DNA of 64,000 nucleotides from Escherichia coli (GTDB lineage Bacteria; Pseudomonadota; Gammaproteobacteria; Enterobacterales; Enterobacteriaceae): NCBI RefSeq assembly GCF_044647545.1, contig NZ_CP172818.1; one strand, 5' to 3'. Shown piece by piece: positions 57,371 to 64,000 of this stretch (position 1 is its first letter; each line of letters starts with the position of its first letter). The notes under the pieces were generated by a model. It saw only the letters and a program-made list of their open reading frames with translations, ran no database searches and was not told where the DNA came from. The position numbers and the translations under genes were made by a program.

Positions 57371-59359
57371 CTACTTTTCTTCCAGGTAACTCTCTTCGAA
57401 GATTTCAATAGGGAGTGGGCGAGCAAAAAGGAAGCCCTGGGCAATACCAACGCCCGCTTTTGCCAGCCAGTCGCGTTGTGCTTCAGTCTCCACGCCTTCG
57501 GCAATCATTTGTAAGTTCAGGCTTTGCGCCAACATGATAATTGCAGCAATCATGCTGCTATCTTCCGGCAAGCCTTCAACAAACATTTTGTCGATTTTTA
57601 ACACGTCGATTGGCAACGATTTCATATGCTGCAGCTGACGCAGCCCTGCGTAGCCCATGCCGAAATCATCCAGCGCCACCCGAACGCCGGCATTACGCAA
57701 CGGGCGGAGGATTGCCACCGCTGCATGAGGGTCGTCAATACGTCGGCTTTCTGTCACTTCCAGAATCAGTGTTCCCGGCTGAATGCGATAGCGGGTTAAC
57801 AGTTCCAGCATATCCGCTACCATATTCGGGTGCATCAGTTGCAGCGCTGAGAGGTTTACCGACAAGGGCAACATAATGCCGCGCTCTTGCCAGGCAGCCA
57901 GCAGTCGACAGGACTCTTCCAGCACCCAGTGACCGACGGTAACCATCAGCCCACAGCACTCAATGCGATCGATTAAGCCATCCGGCAGATCCCAACTGCC
58001 ATCCGGTTGCTGGATACGCAGTAACACTTCCGCACTGACCAGTTTACCGCTGGTCATCTCGACCTGTGGCTGTAACCAAATCGCAAACTGATGATTTTCC
58101 AGTGCATTAAGGATATCGCTCTCTTCCGTCAACCGCTGCTGGGCGGCTTCCATCTGCTGCGGATCAAAGAACTGAATCTGATTCTTACCTTTATGGCGAG
58201 CGGTAAATGCCGCAGAAATAGCGCGACTGTAAAGCTGTTCGGCGGTGAGATCGCCGTAGAACATCGCCACGCCAATGCTACAGTGCGGACGGAGTTGAAT
58301 ACGTTCAATCGGCAGGCGCTCGCTCATGATAGTGAGCACTTGCTGACCTAAAGTGATTGCGTGCCACGGTTCCTGTACACCATTGGCAATGACAGCAAAG
58401 TCATAACCACTAATCTGCGCGAGGATCATACGTGGCGACAGTACCGATTTGAGTTTTTCCACCAGCGTCAGCAGCAGAATTTCTCGTTGCGCCTCTTTCA
58501 GCACGCCCGCAGTATCACGCAGGGTTTCACAGGTGATGATCATCAGCGCGGTGGTTTGTTTACGCGCGACAACCTGCTCCAGCATCTCCATCAGCAAGGC
58601 TTTGTTCGGCAAATCCGACACCGGGAAGCGCATCGCGTTTTCGTTCTGTTCTTCATAATGGCGCTGCAGCAATTGCTGGTTGAGGTTGTAACTGCGCACC
58701 AGCATACCGATTTCATCGTCCTGATGCAGACGTGGTAATGCCAGTTGGTAACCAACAAGCTCCTGGGCTGGGATGGCGTTAAGTTCACGAGCAATATTGC
58801 GTAACGGATGCAAAATCAGGCGGTTAATGCACCAGCTAATCGCCACCGTCAATATTAACGACAAAAGTAAGTAAATGGTCACTAACGTTGAGAGGGTGCT
58901 CATCACGAACTTATACATGCGGAAGGAATCCGCCTGTAGCACCAGATAGGCAATTGGCTGCGGGTTTGCCGGACGTTCGAGCGAGTAGACACCCAGCGAG
59001 ATTTGAACCGGTAGCTCAAACAGGCGAGTAACCATTACCGGTAGCGGACGCTCTGGAATAAAACTTTTACGCAGCGCCTGGAACTGGTTAGGCAGCACTA
59101 CATCGGCACGGCTGACCACGCCTGCCGGTTTAATGCTGGCAAGAATAGCTTCCGCTTCGGGAATATCGCCTTTCAAAATGGCAGAAGATAAGGGTTCGCG
59201 GACAGAGCGAGCAATGCTTTCCAGTTGCGTAGCCGTGTTATAGCGATTCTGCTGGACCAGATGGAACAGCAAAACGGTGCAAAAAATAAAAACGAACACC
59301 AGGACAACGGCTGCCACCATTGCCATCTGCTTGATTGTTAACGAGCGACTTACGCGCAA
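57371..59359 (-). CDS. pdeK: membrane-anchored c-di-GMP phosphodiesterase PdeK (GGDEF-like + EAL)
   Basis: 662-aa ORF with N-terminal TM region and C-terminal EAL domain; the true start may be an internal Met 11-13 codons downstream. Confidence 0.8.
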   Translation of the reverse strand: MRVSRSLTIKQMAMVAAVVLVFVFIFCTVLLFHLVQQNRYNTATQLESIARSVREPLSSAILKGDIPEAEAILASIKPAGVVSRADVVLPNQFQALRKSFIPERPLPVMVTRLFELPVQISLGVYSLERPANPQPIAYLVLQADSFRMYKFVMSTLSTLVTIYLLLSLILTVAISWCINRLILHPLRNIARELNAIPAQELVGYQLALPRLHQDDEIGMLVRSYNLNQQLLQRHYEEQNENAMRFPVSDLPNKALLMEMLEQVVARKQTTALMIITCETLRDTAGVLKEAQREILLLTLVEKLKSVLSPRMILAQISGYDFAVIANGVQEPWHAITLGQQVLTIMSERLPIERIQLRPHCSIGVAMFYGDLTAEQLYSRAISAAFTARHKGKNQIQFFDPQQMEAAQQRLTEESDILNALENHQFAIWLQPQVEMTSGKLVSAEVLLRIQQPDGSWDLPDGLIDRIECCGLMVTVGHWVLEESCRLLAAWQERGIMLPLSVNLSALQLMHPNMVADMLELLTRYRIQPGTLILEVTESRRIDDPHAAVAILRPLRNAGVRVALDDFGMGYAGLRQLQHMKSLPIDVLKIDKMFVEGLPEDSSMIAAIIMLAQSLNLQMIAEGVETEAQRDWLAKAGVGIAQGFLFARPLPIEIFEESYLEEK

Positions 59360-59440
59360 ATTGTCTCCCCCCGGAAATCCCAGATTGCCGCCCGAGTATA
59401 CCCGATCGCAGCGGCATTAAGAGAGGCGCTATCTGAAAAC

Positions 59441-62400
59441 TTACCAGTCGGCGTAAGGTATCAGCGGCTGCGGCGGTAAATCCATGTCACCCTGCCATCC
59501 GGCGGCGGAATAACGTACGTAGAGCAGGAAATGGCTGGGTGCGTAATCTTTCGCCTGCTGGATATCAATTGCCGTGCCGACAAACCAGTTGGAAGTAACA
59601 CGTCGTTCAAGTAATGCCCGCGCCGTATAGCCGAAGCCCTGACTGCTGCCGCCATCGTTGGATTGCCGCGCAGCTTCTTCCTGCCAGTCGGTCGGGATCA
59701 GATTCATCAGCGGATAACGCGGCATGGTTTTGGTGCGTGAATGCGACCACGAGCCAGACGCCCCCAGCTCCCACGACCAGTTTTCCGTCCGCTCCCGCCA
59801 CATCACCGGTATGGCAAACGACAGGTATTCCTGCGGGCTGTAGTAACCGCCCTGACCAAGTGAGTAGCCACTCAGGTCTTTGTCGTAATGCCAGATCATA
59901 TTGTTAAGACCAATGGTCACACGGCGATTATTCTGGTTGATGATCTTATAGTAATAGCCCGTCATCCAGCGCACGCGCCAGTTATCTTCGACATTTTTAC
60001 CGGTTAACTGGTCACCGCTAAGCGATGCCCAGACGCCGTTTGCTTCACCTTTATCGTAGCTCAGGCTTAGCCCCACGCCGTCGGCACGCACGCCGCCCCA
60101 TTTTTTCCCGGTATTGCTCGGAGAGTCTTTTTGCCCACCAAAGGCCAGCAAAGAACTGGAGATGGGCCGACGGTGGGCGTTAACGGTGTAACCCAGCGGC
60201 CCGATATCATCGCTGTAACTGATGCCGCCAACCACATCCACCACGTTGAAGCCCATCGGCGTGGTACCGATATCCCAGCTCCAGACGTCATTTCGCCAGC
60301 CGACCGCCACGCTGGCACCGGAATCCGACTGGCTGCGGTTGCCGCTACAATCCTGTAATGTACAGGTGCCCCAGTTGTCATCCCATTTACCATCGGCATT
60401 AGTGGAGAAACTGCCGACGTTCATATTGACGAAATCACTGCGAAAGAACATCCGCCCGTCAGAATACGGCGCGTCCACCTGCAACATAGTGGTGTGCGCT
60501 TTCAGATCGGAATAACCACCGGTGCCGCTCGAACCCCAGTAATCATGCTCAAGGGTGACGTTAAGATCCTGCTGGCGATAGAGGTCCGCCGCATCGCTGC
60601 GCACGCCGCGTTTCAGCCAGTCATCTTTCTCGTCGTTACGGGTCAGTCGGGTAAAGGTGTCGTTATCCTGCGGACGCGTCGTGGTCACACCGGATGCGAC
60701 CATCGCGTCTTTGTAGGTTTCCAGCGCCTGCTTTGGATCGCCCGCCTGCGCTTCAAACTTCGCACCGTCGCGCAGCACCATCGCGCTTTCCATCGACGGT
60801 GGCTGAGATTTTGCCTGCGGGATCAACTTATTAAACGTCTGCTGCGCCGCTGCGGTATCGACAAGCTGTGCCTGCACCAGCGCCACGCGCCGCTGAGTGT
60901 TCAGCGAGGCGTTATCGGTGGCGGGAAGTTTCGCCAGTTGACTGCGCGCCGCGGCTTTGTCGCCTGCGGCAATATCCACTTCCGTCAGGCCAAGAATGGC
61001 ATCGGCGTTATTCGACTCCCGCGCCAGCACATTCTGATACGCCGTGCGGGCGGCGGTGTAATCGCGTCGCTGTTGTGCCCAGTCAGCCAGCGTAAGATCA
61101 ATGCGCGTGGAAGGCGGTTGCTGGCGTAGCATCGCCTCCGCATCCTGTTCTTTGCCACTGTCACGCAGGCGATTAGCCGTTTCCAGAATCTGATCGCTTT
61201 GCAGTCGATTAACCAGCTCCTGAATATTGCTGTTCCATTGCGCGCGCGGCAGGCTGTTGATATGCGCCAGCGCCGCTCTGTCCTGGTCATGACCAGAGAG
61301 ATACAGCCCGTAAGCGTAAACCTGCTCCGGGTCGTTCGGCTTCTGCTGTGCCAGATTGCGCATTAATGTATCAGCCTGGCTGCGTTGTCCGGCCTGCCAG
61401 AGATCCTGCGAAAGTCGGTAAGTAATCCATACGCTGCCGGGATCCAGCGCCAGTCGTTGCCGCTGAAGTGCTGCCGCCTGCGCCCATTTGCCCTGGTTTT
61501 CCAGTGCCTCTGCCTGCTGTGCCAGACGGTCGTTTTGTAGGCTGCGTTCGATATCATCAATGCTACGCCGCTGACTGGCAGAGAGCGAGGCGATAAACGC
61601 TTCAGCTTTTTCTGGCGATTGCTGGCGGTAAATATTCGCCAGCCCGCGCACGGCGTTAGTGTTGCCGCTGTCCATACGCAGGGTCTGCTGATAATAGCGT
61701 TCAGCGGCGGGGTAATCTTTGCGCGCCATCGCCACATCGCCCAGCCCCAGCACTGCATAGCTGTCGGTGTTATCGACATTACGCGCCTGCTGGAACAGGC
61801 GTTCTGCCCGGTCAGGATTATTGGCTTTCAGCGCAGCATCGCCCTGCTGGATCGCCAGCCAGTAGCGGTTTACTTTCAGCAGACTGTTCCATTTGTCGTT
61901 GTTGCTGCTGTGCGGATCCAGTGCGAGGGCTTTTTCCAGATTCGCCACCGCATTGGCGCGATCGCCTTTCTGAGAATACGCCTGGCCCAGCGCCCCCAGA
62001 GCCTCACTGTCTTTCGGGTTCGCCCGCACCGCCTGTTGTAGTTCGGGAATGGCTTTACCCGCCATGCCAGAGTCCACCGCCGCTAAACCTTGCGCACGAG
62101 CGCGGAAAGCAGGGTCGGCCAGCTGTTTTTGCTGTTCTGCCAGTTGCGATTGCGCAGCCGCTACGCTATCGCCATCGCTAAAGATCGAGAGATATTTTTT
62201 CAGTGCCTGAACGCTGGCATCGCTGACGGGCATGTCTTTAATCTGCCCGTACCAGATTTTAGAGGCCCCCTCGCGTCCGGCGTTCGATTTCGCCATTTGT
62301 TCCAGAACGGCAAAACCTTCGTCACGGCGATCGCTACTAAACAGTAATAGCGCCAGATTGTTTTGCAGGCCCGTGTTGCCCGGCGTATCCGCATTAATGC

Positions 62401-62914
62401 GTTTTAGCTGATTAATCGCTTCGCCACGGCGGGCCGGAATTTTCGCCACCGTACTCCAGTACTCGACAGCAATGTCACCTTCCGGCGGCGCACCGTTGAA
62501 CAGTTTGTTGTAACTCGCCACAGCTTCTTCCGCATGACCGGTAGTTGCCTGCAATCTTGCCTGTTGCAGTGCCTGACGACCATCCGGCGTGGAAAGCAGC
62601 ATCGTAGTCCGCGACGATTTATACGCATTTGAACTCGGCGCTAACTGCGACAGCCGATCGAGCTGTTTTTGTGCGCCATCAATATCGCCCTGACGTAACA
62701 GAGAACGAAAACGGGCGGCAACGACGTCCGGGTTATTCGGATCAATAAGTTCCAGACGATACAACGACTGTTGCACCAGGTCTTCACGATGGGTCGCTTC
62801 GCCTAACCGAACTTGCTCCAGCAACTGTTGCTGAGCGGTTGGTGCTGCCTCGACCATCGGCATGACGGCCAGACCGAGGGAAAGCGTGAATATGTTTAGT
62901 GTGAATTTGCGCAT
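59441..62914 (-). CDS. bcsC: cellulose synthase outer-membrane subunit BcsC (TPR repeats + beta-barrel)
   Basis: 1157-aa ORF with signal peptide, many TPR-like repeats and a C-terminal beta-barrel region; start overlaps the bcsZ 3' end by 19 bp. Confidence 0.95.
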   Translation of the reverse strand: MRKFTLNIFTLSLGLAVMPMVEAAPTAQQQLLEQVRLGEATHREDLVQQSLYRLELIDPNNPDVVAARFRSLLRQGDIDGAQKQLDRLSQLAPSSNAYKSSRTTMLLSTPDGRQALQQARLQATTGHAEEAVASYNKLFNGAPPEGDIAVEYWSTVAKIPARRGEAINQLKRINADTPGNTGLQNNLALLLFSSDRRDEGFAVLEQMAKSNAGREGASKIWYGQIKDMPVSDASVQALKKYLSIFSDGDSVAAAQSQLAEQQKQLADPAFRARAQGLAAVDSGMAGKAIPELQQAVRANPKDSEALGALGQAYSQKGDRANAVANLEKALALDPHSSNNDKWNSLLKVNRYWLAIQQGDAALKANNPDRAERLFQQARNVDNTDSYAVLGLGDVAMARKDYPAAERYYQQTLRMDSGNTNAVRGLANIYRQQSPEKAEAFIASLSASQRRSIDDIERSLQNDRLAQQAEALENQGKWAQAAALQRQRLALDPGSVWITYRLSQDLWQAGQRSQADTLMRNLAQQKPNDPEQVYAYGLYLSGHDQDRAALAHINSLPRAQWNSNIQELVNRLQSDQILETANRLRDSGKEQDAEAMLRQQPPSTRIDLTLADWAQQRRDYTAARTAYQNVLARESNNADAILGLTEVDIAAGDKAAARSQLAKLPATDNASLNTQRRVALVQAQLVDTAAAQQTFNKLIPQAKSQPPSMESAMVLRDGAKFEAQAGDPKQALETYKDAMVASGVTTTRPQDNDTFTRLTRNDEKDDWLKRGVRSDAADLYRQQDLNVTLEHDYWGSSGTGGYSDLKAHTTMLQVDAPYSDGRMFFRSDFVNMNVGSFSTNADGKWDDNWGTCTLQDCSGNRSQSDSGASVAVGWRNDVWSWDIGTTPMGFNVVDVVGGISYSDDIGPLGYTVNAHRRPISSSLLAFGGQKDSPSNTGKKWGGVRADGVGLSLSYDKGEANGVWASLSGDQLTGKNVEDNWRVRWMTGYYYKIINQNNRRVTIGLNNMIWHYDKDLSGYSLGQGGYYSPQEYLSFAIPVMWRERTENWSWELGASGSWSHSRTKTMPRYPLMNLIPTDWQEEAARQSNDGGSSQGFGYTARALLERRVTSNWFVGTAIDIQQAKDYAPSHFLLYVRYSAAGWQGDMDLPPQPLIPYADW

Positions 62915-64000
62915 TCCTGGCCCCAGTCAGGTAATAACTCACCTTTTGTCGAGAAGCGGAAACGGTGTTGATCCCAGCCTTGTCCAAACAGGGTCAGCAC
63001 ATAGTTGTAATAGGCATCGCTGCCGGGAAAGTTATCGGCCACGCGCTGGCGCTGAACGGCCTGTGCATCGCGGTTTTGTAAAAAGGGCAGCATGGCGGCA
63101 GAAAAACCGACCGGTCCTTTACCCTGCGCTTTCCCCGTAGCCACATCCACTTTTTCTGGCGGATAGCCGTTTTTCTCGGTGAATGTCGCCATCGGTTTAA
63201 ACCGGTTGAGCATCCGCGCTTTTTGCGGATCGCTGTCAGGCATCATGCCTACCCACATGTAAACGCGGATCGCGTCGTAGCTGCTGATCAATGTTTTTTC
63301 GGCTTTTAGCTGCCAGCCTTTGTCTTTCTCATAGCGCACCCAGTCTGGCGAAAAGCCTTTCGGGGCGGTTTCCAGCAATAAACGTTGATTGGTTTCGCGC
63401 AGCGTAGTCCACGGCGCGCCAAAGCGGGTGAAATACTGCGCCAGCGTCGGCGGCAGGTAGCTGGGGTTAAAACGCCAGCTGTTATCCTCTGCAAATCCCA
63501 CTTTGCCCGGCAACAACATGGAACCCAGCCCAGGCACCGTCACCACTTCCTCCCGCGCAATACGTTTTAACAACGCGCTGCCAATGTCGGTATAACGCTG
63601 CTCTTTCCACAAACGCCCCGCCTCCAGCAACGACCAGGCCATCCAGACATCACCATCGGAGGCCGAATTGCTGTCCAGCACTTCCCACTTACTGTTCTCT
63701 TTCTTGCCCCACAGCCATGCGGGCAAACGTTCTTTTAAAGAACCCTGAGCGAGATTGTTCTGCGTCCAGTCGAGAATATTATCGAAAGCTGCACGGTCGT
63801 TAGCCGCCAGGGCAAAGAACATGCCGTAACTTTGCCCTTCGGAAGTGGTGATTTTACGCGCGTCACTTGGGTCAATGACGCGCCCTTCCTGACTGATGTA
63901 ATCCTTTTTGAACTGCTCCCAGGCAGGCCAGTTGCAGGCTGCCTGAACACTAAAGGCAGCCAGCAGCAGCATCGTCACGAGTCCACTACGCAACACATTC
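62896..64000 (-). CDS. bcsZ: endo-1,4-beta-glucanase BcsZ (GH8), start codon just beyond window end
   Basis: ORF 62896..63996 plus two further in-frame codons to the window edge (reverse complement of the window end reads [10 protein letters not shown]); GH8 cellulase-like sequence. Confidence 0.9.
   Translation of the reverse strand, partial: NVLRSGLVTMLLLAAFSVQAACNWPAWEQFKKDYISQEGRVIDPSDARKITTSEGQSYGMFFALAANDRAAFDNILDWTQNNLAQGSLKERLPAWLWGKKENSKWEVLDSNSASDGDVWMAWSLLEAGRLWKEQRYTDIGSALLKRIAREEVVTVPGLGSMLLPGKVGFAEDNSWRFNPSYLPPTLAQYFTRFGAPWTTLRETNQRLLLETAPKGFSPDWVRYEKDKGWQLKAEKTLISSYDAIRVYMWVGMMPDSDPQKARMLNRFKPMATFTEKNGYPPEKVDVATGKAQGKGPVGFSAAMLPFLQNRDAQAVQRQRVADNFPGSDAYYNYVLTLFGQGWDQHRFRFSTKGELLPDWGQECANSH

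Noticed and set aside
60494-61129. 211-aa + strand ORF inside bcsC
   Set aside because: Antisense to bcsC; Arg-rich, low-complexity, spurious.

Overview
By protein-level recognition (no database search was possible), this window is a contiguous Escherichia coli-type chromosomal segment: yhiL-like (partial) - yhiM - yhiN - pitA - uspB - uspA - dtpB - rsmJ - prlC - rlmJ - gor - dinQ/agrA/agrB - arsRBC - yhiS - acid fitness island (slp - dctR - decayed chu heme-uptake cluster - yhiD - hdeBA - hdeD - gadE - mdtEF - gadW - gadY - gadX - gadA) - yhjA - treF - yhjB - yhjC - yhjD - yhjE - yhjG - pdeH - kdgK - yhjJ - dctA - pdeK - bcsC - bcsZ (partial). Gene starts were refined by hand where the ORF track began at an upstream in-frame Met. 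I recognised no CRISPR array, IS element, tRNA or rRNA. I did not find a convincing previously undescribed system; nearly everything maps onto known families. The features most worth a second look are: (1) the chu/shu heme-uptake cluster inside the acid fitness island, which reads as broken in every gene, lacks chuS, and is truncated at a junction abutting the dctR stop codon; (2) a roughly 0.8 kb strongly G-depleted, AT-rich tract with a 17-A homopolymer between arsC and yhiS; (3) the dinQ/agrAB type I toxin-antisense locus with its triplicated repeat. All are reported with the caveat that read-level data or alignment to reference alleles is needed.
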